Assembly (NCBI GenBank): GCA_035084275.1
Contig: CM068746.1
Location: forward strand, 39,308,001-39,372,000
Direction: 5' to 3'
From: Hydrolagus colliei
Lineage: Eukaryota
Length of the DNA stretch: 64,000 nt
Shown: positions 1-12,092 of the stretch, one piece after another
How positions within the stretch are numbered: position 1 is the stretch's first letter
Layout: each line of letters opens with the position of its first letter
Notes under the pieces: model-generated
What the model saw: only the letters and a program-made list of their open reading frames with translations
What the model was told of the DNA's origin: nothing
Database searches by the model: none
Program-made: the position numbers and the translations under genes

Positions 1-493
1 TGGGACACATCTATGCTGTGTCTTTCTACTAACCACACAGGCATCTTGCTCAATAACAAATTACCAACAACAACAACAACAATAAAAAATAACAAAATAA
101 CATTTGTATAGCTCCTTCCGCGTTGGGAGAACGTCTCAAGGAGCTGGACAGTCATTGTTTCGGCAAATTAACTAGGTGGATTAGAAATTGCCTTTGTGGT
201 AAGACGTAGGCGGCAGTGATGAATGGCAGTCGGCCGGCCTTACAAACAGGAACCATTTCAGCCCCTCTGCCTCCAAGATCAATTCTGAGCAATTCTGTGC
301 CCATTGATACAGAAATGGGGAGCTGGAGACGTGTCACACACAAAACTCTTCGGTAGTTAGGCTGTGAAACGGCAGCTGTATGGCCATACATGGATCTTTC
401 TATTCCCAGTCAGCCGAGTGTGCCAGAGGCTTGATGGCAAGCTGCGTGGTGTTAGCTGGTAAAAGTCCAACAGTACCCCAAGCACACTCTTAC

Positions 494-791
494 AATAACA
501 AATAATAATCCTTGCACTTAATATAGCACTTTTCACATCTTCCGGACGTCTCAAAGCACTTCACGGAGTATACTGTAAAGTGAATTGACTGTATATTTTG
601 TGGGTGAAATGTGGAAGCCACTTGCGCACAGCAGGGTGTCACAAACAGTCATGGATTGAGTGACCAAATTCATATTATTTTTTTTCTTGAGGGATTATTA
701 TCTGGTGTGTGGAGTGAGGAAAGGTGCCAGAAATCAAACCCAGGTCTCTCGCTCGTGAGGCGAGTACTCTCACCACTGAGCTACAGGACTC
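494..791 (-). mobile_element. tRNA-headed SINE, short variant, near full length
   Basis: Reverse complement of head GAGTCCTGTAGCTCAGTGG, body TGTTTGTGAC..GCTGTGCGCAA and (ATT)n tail; interrupts a copy of the unclassified repeat. Confidence 0.85.
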
Positions 792-3700
792 GTGGGTCTC
801 CAAGCCTTGGCTCTTGCCAATCAATCTGCACTTAATAAGTAGTCTCCAGAATTAGAGAGGCAGGAGAGTGCAGTCCTCCAGGGAGAGAGAGAGCGAGAGT
901 GTATATTCCATTCCAGACATCTTTATGTGGCATGCATTTGTGTAACTCACGGAGTTACAAAGTGTTCTGGGGCTATTGAGTTGACAGAAGAATGTCAGAC
1001 TGTCCCCCAATGTACTGTACAGTTCTGGTGACTGCAACATAAAGGGTTTGCCCAAGCCCCAGAGACAACGCCGAGGAGAGCAACAAGGAATTATCTCCAG
1101 TGTTAGAGGAAAGCTAGGAGCGAAAACAAACTAGGGTTCTCCAGTCTTGAGAGAAGGTGACTCAGAGGGGAGCTGATGGAGGTCTGTAGTAGCATTTTTG
1201 AATAGGATTGAAAAAGTAAACCCACATCAATACTGTACTTTAGGATGCACTAAGATAGTGAAACAAGAAGGCATTGGCTGTCGGGTTTCGCCCAAATAAT
1301 AAACAGTCAATTCACTTGACAGTATATTCTGGTGAAGTGCTTTGAGGCATCTTACACGCATGATAAGGCGCTGTATCAAACTGCAAGGGTTATTATTGTG
1401 GGTATGATTGTTATTTTAAATGCAAGGTGTTGTGGTTGTCTCATGACTGCGTGTCAGTGCTGGATGTATTATGGCCAGCACTGAGTAGGGACAGGCTCTG
1501 CCGAAACAGCCATTAGTTAAGTTGCCTGGCAACTCAGATAGGAACGGTCATGTCAGTGATGAATCTCTCCCGCACAAACAGACCCCTTATAAATTGTCTG
1601 CATGTTCTGAATAAGCGTTGCGTCTCCCGTACAAACACTTGCTAGATAAATGGCTTGAAGGCTGCCATCGAGGTGATGCACATTCTCCCATAATAAAGAT
1701 GGACAGAATGTTGACAGGCTGTTTATTTGTCTCAGTTAAGAGCTGAACTCAAACCCGTCCTCAACCAGAGACCACACTTGTGCCTTCTCCAGCGGAGGTC
1801 GCTGGACACAGATCCAAATGGGAACTCATCGGAGTCCTGTAGTGTATTGGTTAGAACGCTCGCCTCGCATGTAAGTAGGATTCGGGTTCGATTCCTAGGG
1901 AGCCTGTCCCGTTCACTAGCTGAAATAGCGTTCTCTCAGATTTGTTTCGAATTTACTCCCGCCTTCAATCACAGGCGTATCCTCTTGAGTTCCTCATCCT
2001 CTCGTCTCCTTAAGACCCATCTGCGCTGGTATTCAAGCACTCCCAAGACGCGACCATGGTTGAAGGGTGCTGTATGAATGCAAGTTGTTGTTGCTGCTCT
2101 GTTCTGGATGTGGATCATATTCTTTCCGACATAACACTGCAGTATATACCCTACTGTCTTTCTGACACGTTTGCTCGGTACTGACTGAAGCAGTTTGCTC
2201 CATTCCACTATATCATGAACCGCCTTCTAAATCAAATCACAAGATAACAATTTGTTTTCTTCCATAATAAATGGGGAAGTTAATTTAAAAAGGGAAACTG
2301 TCTCACTCTCTGTCTTTTACAGCGGAATATATTTTAATTTCCATGCCACCATTTCTCTGTAGAAATGAATAATTTCACGGTTGATAGTGACACGAATAAT
2401 GGGACAGATAAATCCGATTTAATCTGTTGAAGATTTCGGAGGCTTTTCGGTAGAAGAAAACAAACGACAACAATGTACGTTTACATAGCAGCTTTCACAT
2501 GAAAGTGGGGAGGGAAGAAGTGAGGCAGAGGAACTCGAGGATGGAGTTCTAGTGGGCATGCAGAATGGTTCAAAGCTCACCCTCTGAGTTTGAGGTGGGG
2601 GGTGTAATGCAGGCCTGTGTTTGCTCACCACCAACAACATCAAATTACAATTGTACTGTATAGCGCTTTTCACGTTGGGAGGATGGCTCAAATCGCTGGG
2701 CAGTCAGGGATTTTTGACCCGAACTGAGTGTTGGGAAAACAGAGGGAATTTTCTCCCAGTTCCCTGCCAACAATCCACCAGAAAAAATATGTGGTCGTTC
2801 ACTTCATGGCTGTTTGCGGGACATTGCTTTTCGGGCAAACTACATAGTCACTACAGCTTGCAGTGAACAACACTTTGCAGTAACTCTTGTGAAGTGTTTT
2901 TGAGGCATCCTCCTGACAGATATGTAAGTCAGTTTGACTTTGAATGGTAGTGAATCTCTACCTCAGTGAAGATTAGGCGGAGGAAATAATAATAATAATA
3001 ATACTTGTATTTGGCATTGTGCTTTTCATGTTTTTGAGACATGGCAAAGTGTTCACGGAATATATTGTAAAGTGAATTGCCCAAATGGAGGGATGGCTGA
3101 GGGGGTTGGGGAATGAACGACGGGATACAGTGGGTGAGCAGAAAGAGAAGGACTGCTTTCACCTTAGTTGAAAGCATTCTCGGTGACCTCTGTCCCTCAC
3201 TGTTCTGTTAGTTGACCTTACTCTGTACTTGGACTGTATGGATGTCTTTGGCTCTTTGTTGCCTGTAGATAATTTGAAAGCTGAGGGCTGTACAACTACC
3301 CGTTAATGCACCATTCACTTGGACAATAAGACTCACCTCGGCGAGGTCCTCTGAGACTCGCCTTTCCAGCGTGTGCTAATTAAACCGCGCCAAGGCCATT
3401 GTGCAGCTTCTAACACAACGGTTTCTTGTTTATTTATCTATTTTAAGAGAAGGGAGAGGAACAAACCTCTCCGGTGGCGCAGGCAGCCAGAGAAACATCC
3501 GAGTTGCGAATCAGACGCAAGTTCATTGGTGATCAAGGAGAAGCACAAGGACGTGGGGAGTGGATACGAGATGTTTAAAGGAAGCGACATGCTTTCTCTG
3601 CCGCTCATAACACCTTGTTTTCTACCTTGAGATTCCCTCCGGGCCGAGTTCTCACCACCCCCACTGTAATAACAACGATAAAAATCCTTGCATTTGATAT

Positions 3701-4852
3701 GGTGCCCTTGTTGCATCATTGAGACATCTAAAGCGCTTCCTCGGAATATATTGTAAAATGAATTGATTGTATAATTTGCGAGCGAAACCCGGCAGCATTG
3801 AGTCACCAAATTATTATTATTATTGTAGTTTGTTTTTGAAAGTCCCGGCAAGCCATTTGCCAATTGACAAACAACCGGGTTCCTACTTACTGCTAGATGA
3901 ACAGAGGGGTGCGGAGAAAGGAAACCTGCCTCACGTTTCACCCTTTCCGTCACGTATGGTCTCGGCTGACGTTCCAATGCTGCGGTGGGGTGTGCTGCGA
4001 AGATAACAGATCGTGCCCCCAACAATACGGCAGATTCACTAAACCGAATTGCTATTGATGTGCGTGCAGACATTTGGTGTGAGATGGGGCAGAGGCAGGT
4101 GATGTAGTGGAGGTTTGCAGTGTTTGTGACAAAAAGCGAGGCTTAATCGGAACTCGGGGAATGATTTATAGGTTCAGTGGAGTGTCAGCCTGCATGTTAA
4201 GGTTACAAGGTTCCGAGTGAGGATTCATTAAATCCCCCTTGGCACCTGTAGGGTCAGGATTTATTTAATCCAACAATGGAAGATGATAGAATTTACCGGC
4301 GTTGGAGATTTGGAATGAAAAGTTTTCTAAGTCCATCCTGAATAAATGAGTACAACAGCTGATGGCCACTGTCATCACAGAGGTTCAATAGATCCAGGCT
4401 TCAGATAAGACAAGTTCTTATACGAAGCAGTGATTTAGTTTAATGAATCAAGATTCTATCCTCCCTCCCACATTCCCTCTCCCTCTCCCCCACCAACACC
4501 ACCGAGATTGAAAGTTTAATATGCGCAGATTTAAATGGAATGGTCTGTAGGCAGGGGTCAAGTCGGTAGATGGAAAGGATTATGCGGAATGCAATTACGG
4601 AAACCAAATCTCATTTAGAATGTGTTGTTACAGAAAGCTTTGCGGTAAATAGTATTTTAATACTCGACCCTCCCGCAGTGTGGGTGGAGTTGTTTAGCGT
4701 AGTGGATAGAGCACTCGCCTCGCAAGCGAGAGGACCTGGGTTTGAATGCTGGGCAGGTGGAAACTTTAGATTTTCCTGATCCATATGCCTAAGTTTACTT
4801 AGCATTAAGTAGGAACCCAGTTGTTCGTTGATTAGCGGACTGCTTTGATCCC

Positions 4853-4883
<31 letters not shown>

Positions 4884-4900
4884 CACACAATTGGGTCTCG

Positions 4901-5115
4901 ACAAACCCATCACCGTGCTTAAGAATATCCAAGCTGAACTAGGAATCCCTTGCATTCCACCTACACACGGAAATCCCAGAAATAGATTGTTGGATTGAAA
5001 TACCCACTCTCTCCCTGGAGGTTGGCACAGATTAAGAGCCAAAGCTTTGCAGACCTCTTTTAAACCAGAGTGTGCATTGGGGTACCTCTGGAGTCTAACC
5101 AGCTAAAACCATAGT
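4901..5115 (+). repeat. Unclassified dispersed repeat copy
   Basis: AAACCCATCACCGTGCTTAAGAATATCC..CCACCTACACACGGAAATCCCAGAAATAGATTG matches 20207, 43250 and 58605. Confidence 0.75.
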
Positions 5116-6029
5116 GGTGTGAGGCATTGGCATGGCGGCTCTGAGATAAAGGTGAATGATATTGGGGAGCCTGGTGTTTGGGATGTTTTATCATTATAAT
5201 CCAGCCCTGCCCGGTTTTATAATAGGAAGGAAAATAATAATCCTTGCATTTGATATAGCGCTTTTCATATCTTCTAGAGGTCTCAAAGCTCTTCACAGAA
5301 TATACTGTAAAGTGGATCGACTGTATATTTGTGGACGAAACAAGGCAGGGAGCTAACAGTGAGGTAGTCAAGTGCGTTCTGCCGTGTGGGAGTGTATGTA
5401 GACAATAATAATATATAATAATAATACTTGCGTTTTAAACAGTGATATAGCCTTTCACGTCTGGAGAGCAACTCAAACTTAGTGACTGTGTTTCTTTAGG
5501 CGAACGCAACAGCCAATTTGCCTGTCTTTCTAATATACCAGTGGAACGCTCTCTGTGCATGTCATACACAGCGACACCCTCCCTGTGCCATGACAACTGC
5601 AGCCCACAGTTTCTCACTCTGTGTGCTGTCACACTTTGACACACTCGCTGTGCTCGGCCCCAACGCACCCTTATTGTCCCGTAGTCTTCACTGTCGCTGG
5701 TCGGATTCACTTGAAATAACATCATATCGATTACCCTTAACATTGCTGTGTGCTACGCTGCTCTCACATTGATTTTTAATAACTTTGCAGCCCTGAAACA
5801 ATTATACGGTAAATCTGCCGTCACCTTGTACAATGGTTTATCCACCTGTCTAATCTCACTACAGTACTTTGCTTCTCCTCCTACTTCCTCCCTGTTTCTC
5901 CTCCTATCTCATCACATCCCGGACACTTTCCAGTGCCTGGTTCATTGGCTTTTTTTTAGCTATCCCATTCAAATCCCTCCACGGCCTCACCCCATCCTAC
6001 CCTTTCCACCTTCTGCAATCCTACGTGGT

Positions 6030-6288
6030 GGGGTCCTGTATCTCGCCTCGCAAGAGAGAGAGACTTGGATTCGATTCCAGACAGAGCAAAACCGTGGGCA
6101 AGTTGCCTTACTCCACACGCCTGATAATAATCCCTCAAAAATAAACAATAATAAATTGGGTCATTTTCAATCCACGACGGTTTGTGGGACGCTGCTGTGC
6201 GCAAATGACTGCTGCGTTTTGCCGACAAATATACAGTGAATTCACTTTACAGTATATTCTGTAAACCGCTTTCAGATGTCTAGAAATG
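6030..6288 (+). mobile_element. tRNA-headed SINE, short variant
   Basis: Head, then GGGCAAGTTGCCTTACTCCACACGCCTGATAATAATCCCTC and the shared 3' body. Confidence 0.85.
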
Positions 6289-7097
6289 TATGGGGGGGTT
6301 TGAGATGGTTTGCATCCCTGAACCGACCTCTTGTGAATTCAATAGCAGCTGAGATGTACATGAATACGTACTGGGGGTGAACGGTTGGGCATTTTATCCA
6401 GTCTGTACTGTCATGTAGTGTAACACTCACCGAGCCACATGTGAGGTGTATAAGCATTGGATGTGAAATGCATTGACAGTGTAACCCAATGTGCAGATGT
6501 GGAGTACATTTAGACACCTGCAAATCACATTGGTGGTGCATTTGCAGATGTGCTCTTTCCACTTGGCCGCTCTTGCCACGTCGGTTTGCTTAACAAGATT
6601 CCCTTTGCTTCCTGATTGCATAGCATCGGCTAGATGAACAATGCTGCAAATTGTTTGACAATTGTGCTACCAAGCCTCCTGAGTCTTTCCTTTGTGCGTC
6701 CAAACCATGAAGGACCATCTTCTCGAGGACTTGCTCTCCAGTTTTAACCCTTGTTCCCCTCTTTTTGATCATGATCGAAGACCTTCCTCTTCAACTATGC
6801 TCACGGTCACCTCCCCCTTCGCTGGGCATTCAGGCTCAGTCATTGTTAAGCTCTCTGACCCGAGAAGATCTAGATTTGTGAATGGCTCTTTTAGTGTTGA
6901 ACACCAGAAAGCATCACTTTGCACAGATAAGGGTCAATAGTTGGAATGGATTATCAGAAAGTAAGGTGGGTTGAAGTTGGCTGGGCCTTTGGACTGGCTA
7001 AAGAAATATTTAGAAGAATGAGATTGGAATGGCTGGAGACCTTGTGTGTCTATGCCCCTTTGGTCTTCTCATGATGTTTGTCTCTCTTTGGTTTCAG

Positions 7098-7221
7098 CTG
7101 CACCAGGAAAAATGAATGCAAACGTTCCACCGAGCTCCGTCGCTTCGCCTCCAACATCAAACAGTGTGTCCGACTCAATGTGCATCCAAGCAATATCTCT
7201 GTCTACCAGTACAGCGTCCCG
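7098..7221 (+). CDS. PLXNA4: Plexin-A4 exon (PSI1 end/IPT1): CTRKNECKRSTELRRFASNIKQCVRLNVHPSNISVYQYSVP
   Basis: tttcag| acceptor, |gtaagt donor, 124 nt, phase 2 to 0. Confidence 0.93.
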
Positions 7222-7304
7222 GTAAGTAGACAAGCTTGACCGATGGAACCCACAAGCAACGAGGCACTAGCCTGGTTAAAAACATCCTGGGAATCATGTT
7301 ACCG

Positions 7305-7720
7305 TAGAACTTAACAGCGCAGAAGAAGGCCATTCGGCCCATCATGTGTGTAGTCGTTCTTTTAAAGAGCATTCCTTTGAAATCCCATTTACCTGTACTT
7401 TCCCTTTACCTCTGTAGTTCATTCCCTTTCAGGTATTTCATCGCCTTGGGACATCCTCCTGACGTAAAAGGCGCCATACAAGTGTAATTTTGTTATTGTT
7501 GTATTCGTTCTCTTTTGAATGCACTCCAAACACTGCCCCTTGTGAAGGCTGCTATATAAATGCCAGTTATTTTTGTTGTTGAAAGCTAATATGAATTCTG
7601 CCTCAACCACTGCTCCCAGTAGGGCATTCCATACCCTAACCACTCTGGCTGTGTGAAAACAATTCTGCTAATCTGCCCATTTGCTCGTTTGCTAACTATC
7701 TTAATTTGATGCCTTGCAGT
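7305..7720 (-). mobile_element. CR1 LINE 3' fragment, interrupted by an L2 3' tail (~7440-7502, +)
   Basis: AGGCCATTCGGCCCATC 3'UTR motif; minus-strand ORF remnant VRVWNALLGAVVEAE typical of the CR1 ORF2 C-terminus. Confidence 0.75.
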
Positions 7721-7973
7721 CGCTGATCGCTCACCAAACTCATTCCTTTCTCAGTGTAATCTGCCATTTTCTCACCATATTCCTCAATTCCACCACCTGC
7801 TTCCCCCCAGCTCCCTCTCCCAGAAATATGTCTAGTTACCTCATGAACTCATTTATACTGTTCACATCAATGATTATCTGAGTAAAAATAGATCTGCTTT
7901 GCTTCCCTCCCTCCTAACTGCCCAATTTCTCCCAATGATTCACTCCAGTGAACAATCTGAATACATCAATGTT

Positions 7974-8365
7974 GTGTCAGCCTGGCTCAGTTGGCAGAAC
8001 TCTCTCCTCTATGTCAGAAAGTCATGGGTTCATCCCAAGGCCAAGACTTTGAACTTGTACAGTCTAGCATACGGTATTGCAGTTGAGATGTTAAACTGAG
8101 GTCCAGTCTGCCTGTTCAAGTGAATGTTTAAGATCCCATGGCATTATTTCAAAAGAGAAGGAAGTTTTTTTTCCATGTCCTGGCCAACGATCCCCCAACT
8201 AAAATGGGTCACTCACTCCATGGCTGTTTGTGGGACATTGCTGTGTGCAAATTGGCTGCTTCGTTTTCTTACCAATACGTACAGTTATTACACTTTACAT
8301 TAAATCCTGTGAGGCCCTTTGAGTCCTCCTGACATGAAATATTAGATAGAAGAATTATTATTATA
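7974..8365 (+). mobile_element. DeuSINE-type (SacSINE1-like) SINE
   Basis: tRNA-like head GTGTCAGCCTGGCTCAGTTGG; Deu-domain GAGATGTTAAACTGAGGTCC..AAGATCCCATGGCATTATTT..GTCCTGGCCAA. Confidence 0.75.
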
Positions 8366-10046
8366 ACTTGCTCAATCCCATTTATATACTCCACTTAGAT
8401 GTCTCTTTCTACGCCTGAAGATAATAATAATAAGCCTTGCATTTGATATAGAGCCTTATCACGTTTTTGAGACGTCTCAAAGCGCTTCACAGAATAAATT
8501 GTAAAGAACAGTGACTTTAAGATTTGTAACGTATCTAGACATTGCTTAAAACCCTTGCCTCTATTCCTCGGGATCATCCTCATTGCTCTCCTCTGCCATG
8601 CTACTTAGACCTGGATGACCCCCACCCTGATTTTACATCTACCAAAACGGTACGCGATATTATATGTGTGTTAGTTGAATTGAAAGCCCTGTAATTTAGC
8701 TGGTATACAGAGATAACTAGTCTGTCTGCTGTAAGTACCAATTCACACTCCTCAAAAGCAAACCAATTATTCCTGTGCCACAAGCCTTCACACTCTATGT
8801 ATTCAAATAGCTTCGCTGATATTCAGCGTTGCTGGAATCGATTCTATTGATACTACTGTGGCTGTTTGTGGGACGTTGCCGGGGAAATTGGCCACTGCAT
8901 TTTTATTATCGTTTTTGTCATCACTATTCCTTTCTCCGTTCTGTTCCAATTTGCTGTGCACAATTGGCTGCCGTGTTTTGCTCACATATATACAGTCAAT
9001 TCACTTGTGAATTCACAGTGAAAAGCGCTAAATCAAATGCAGAGATTATTATTATTATTATCGTTAATTGAAACAATGCCCATTGCCAACAAGTCCCCAT
9101 TATTTCCAGTGTTCTTCCATCTCCTATAAGAGGTACTTGTCAGGCAGCTATTCTGTCTTGGGGAGAACAGAGAGGGCTAGCTCCAATGTGTGCCCGTTAA
9201 TCACGATAACCTGATATCTTACCTTGATGCAATCTCGGTGAGAGATGGAAAACAATGTCAATGCTTTATCTTAAAAACCTAGGTTGTGAAATCACACCTT
9301 GCCAAACTCCATTTGCTCGTGAGAAATGACAGGTTCTATATTTCCAACAGTTAAATTCATGTCAGCCTCGCTCCCTTTCAAAAGTTATTTTGAGGCTCAC
9401 TTTCGAAGAAACAAAAATCTTCAAATTCGCACTGGACCTTTAGAAGACAAGTTGTTATTTTTCCTGCCTGAAATTATTCATGCCATTTGCAAACCATTTA
9501 CAATCAGGACTCAAACACACAGGCTCAATGGTACTCAATGAGTACCATCGGCGTTATTATTACACGGACTATGGCCACTGATTGAAAATCCCAACAGTTT
9601 GTCAGAATCTTGCCAGTCCTCTCTGGTGGTTTCGGTAGTCTGCTTCCTGAGCTAGGCAATGTTACCAGGGCACTACCTGCCTGGCTCATCGGCAGGGCGT
9701 GGAAAGGGGGGTAAATTGCTTTACAGAAAGATATGAAGCGCTTTGAGATGCCATCCGACGTGAAGGGCGCTCTATAAACGTTGAGTTGTTCTTGTTGTTG
9801 TCCTGGGCAATGCGTGGGATGCAACGAGGTGGCGTTGGGCACATCAAACATTCATTTTCGTTTGTAAAAAGAAGGAATGAAAAACAAAAAAGTGTTAATT
9901 CTGCAGAGGCTAGAAGTAGCTGAGGTTACAACTCAGCTAGGAATTTGAGATGCCCTTGAAAAATACCCCCAACCCTACATACACACAGACATTCACACGC
10001 ACACACATATTCACACACACAGACATGCATCCTCACACACCCACAC

Positions 10047-10264
10047 NNNNNNNNNNNNNNNNNNNNNNNNNNNNNNNNNNNNNNNNNNNNNNNNNNNNNN
10101 NNNNNNNNNNNNNNNNNNNNNNNNNNNNNNNNNNNNNNNNNNNNNNNNNNNNNNNNNNNNNNNNNNNNNNNNNNNNNNNNNNNNNNNNNNNNNNNNNNNN
10201 NNNNNNNNNNNNNNNNNNNNNNNNNNNNNNNNNNNNNNNNNNNNNNNNNNNNNNNNNNNNNNNN
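10047..10264. other. Assembly gap (N run), preceded by a (CA)-rich tract
   Basis: 218 N. Confidence 1.
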
Positions 10265-10884
10265 CAGGCATCACCTCCTCTTTAAACCATAGCCCAGGAA
10301 TGAGCGGTTTCCATGGTGACCAAATAGTGTATTGCTGGTCACATCTGTATCCAGCAAATCTTTTGATCTCAAAGGAATCACTTTCAGCAAGAGTTGATAT
10401 TCAGATTCTTCCATTTCCCACCTCTGATTGTGATTTGTAATGTTTGATTTTCTTCGAGGGACCGAATAGACACGCGTTTGCTCAAACCTATGAGCATTTG
10501 TGGGACACAGCTGTGAGCCATTGGCTGCTGCATTTCACCCACAAAATACAGAGTCAATTCACTTTACGGTATATTCTGTGAAGCGCTTTGAGAAGTCACA
10601 ATGACTTGATAAGTCCCTACATCAAATGCAAGGATTATTATTATCATAATAATATTATTGTCTTAACCAGATATTTCACTGGAATTGTCCACAGAACAGA
10701 ACCTGAACAGCCCGTTTTTTCAGCCCAAATGCTTTTCTTTAATAATAATCATAATAAAAATCCTTCCAGGTATTTGCTTCCAAAATACACAGTCACTCCA
10801 CTTGCATCCACAGTGCACCCAGTGACCGCCTCCCAACTGTGACAGCCTCCTTCTCCACTTTGGGACAGCCTCCCAATTTGAAAG

Positions 10885-11024
10885 TTTGGTTCATAAAGGG
10901 ATTAAGGGGCATGGGGATAAAACAGGTAGCTGGAGTTAGAATGGAGTATCAGCCGTGATTGAATGGCGGGGCAGGCTTGATGGGCTGAATGGCCTACTCC
11001 TGGTCCTATTTCTTATGTTCTTAC
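10885..11024 (+). mobile_element. CR1 LINE 3' end
   Basis: GGGCTGAATGGCCTACTCCTGGTCCTATTTCTTATGTTCTTA terminus; near reverse complement of 33628-33770. Confidence 0.85.
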
Positions 11025-11059
11025 ATCCCTTCATGTCCTGGCCCCTCACCATCGCTCTG

Positions 11060-11350
11060 ATCTGCTCGTACTCCATTCTTGTACTCACCACCTTTGTTCA
11101 GCCGGAGCAAGTTTTCTATACATCTTTCGTCCCCTCCACTCCACCATTGGCGGCCGTGCTTTCAGCCACTGTGCCCCAGAGTCTCGAGACCCTTGTCTTA
11201 ATCCCTATGTTTCCCTCCTCTTTGCCTGTCTTCAATTCACACCTGAAGACTTTCCTCTTCTATCATGCCTTCGGTCACGTCCCCTTCTTCTCCGTCTCAG
11301 CAGGCAAACCACGAGAAGGACGCTGTATAAATGCAAGTTGTCGTTGTTGC
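11060..11350 (+). mobile_element. L2 LINE 3' fragment
   Basis: Remnant SHLKTFLFYHAFG; tail CGCTGTATAAATGCAAGTTGTCGTTGTTG. Confidence 0.7.
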
Positions 11351-11489
11351 CCCCCCCCCCACACACGGCTTTGCAAATTTGAGCGCACCAGTGCTGAGAT
11401 GCGCCTGTCAATGTCGAACGAGACCTGGATTGTTTTCGAGAGAAATAAAAGCCGATTTGTGTTTATTGTTCACTCGCTTGTCTCCTCAG

Positions 11490-11643
11490 CTGGAGCTCGA
11501 AGCTTACAACGTACCCGAGCTCTCGGCAGGCGTGAACTGCACCTTTGAAGATTTTGCTGAGATGAACGGACAGGTGATTGGGAATGTGATCAAGTGCAGT
11601 TCGCCTGCAGAGAAGCAAGTCCCTCGAATTCTCATCGATAAAG
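11490..11643 (+). CDS. PLXNA4: Plexin-A4 exon (IPT1): LELEAYNVPELSAGVNCTFEDFAEMNGQVIGNVIKCSSPAEKQVPRILIDK
   Basis: ctcctcag| acceptor, |gtaaag donor, 154 nt, phase 0 to 1; inside ORF 11331..11690. Confidence 0.95.
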
Positions 11644-11917
11644 GTAAAGTTAATTTTCTCAGTGGAATTGTTTTCTTTCCTCAACTGTGAAAATGGAATT
11701 GACCTATCATTCAAGGCCTGAAATCTCCCGTCTTGGCTTTGACTGTTCAATGACAACAACAACAACAACATTACAGTTTGAAAGCACCTGTCACGTCCAG
11801 CGCTGGACAGTCAGTGTTTTGGACCCGAGCTGGGTTCGGGTTTGGGGAGGGTGGAGGGCAGGGCATGGGTGGGGAAGGATGCTGTTCAAAAGCGCGGTTG
11901 AAGAAGAGAGTCTTGAG

Positions 11918-12092
11918 ACATGGAAATCCCAGAGATAGGTTGTTGGAATGGAACGCGCACTCCCTCCCTGGAGGGACACATCCTTCTTACCAAACTCCTG
12001 AGAGTATTAGGCGCAGGTTGGCAAGATCCCAGGCTGTGCATTGGGGTAACTGCTGGAGTCTAATCAACTAAAACCACAAAGCTTGCCATTGG
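11918..12092 (+). repeat. Unclassified dispersed repeat copy
   Basis: GGAAATCCCAGAGATAGGTTG..GGTTGGCAAG..TAAAACCACAAAGCTTGCC shared with other copies. Confidence 0.75.

Noticed and set aside
3438-4073. 211-aa minus-strand ORF
   Set aside because: It runs across an antisense SINE copy, has no recognisable domain, and is a chance open frame.
6513-6552. Small hairpin ACACCTGCAAAT..ATTTGCAGATGT as a possible miRNA
   Set aside because: The stem is too short and bulged for a Drosha substrate, and I recognise no mature sequence.
9528-9548. Perfect palindrome ATGGTACTCA-A-TGAGTACCAT
   Set aside because: A 10-bp arm is within chance expectation for 64 kb, and no second copy or context supports it.
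9950-10285. ORFs spanning N runs (also 45304-45967 and 50435-51160)
   Set aside because: They are artefacts of assembly gaps translated as X.
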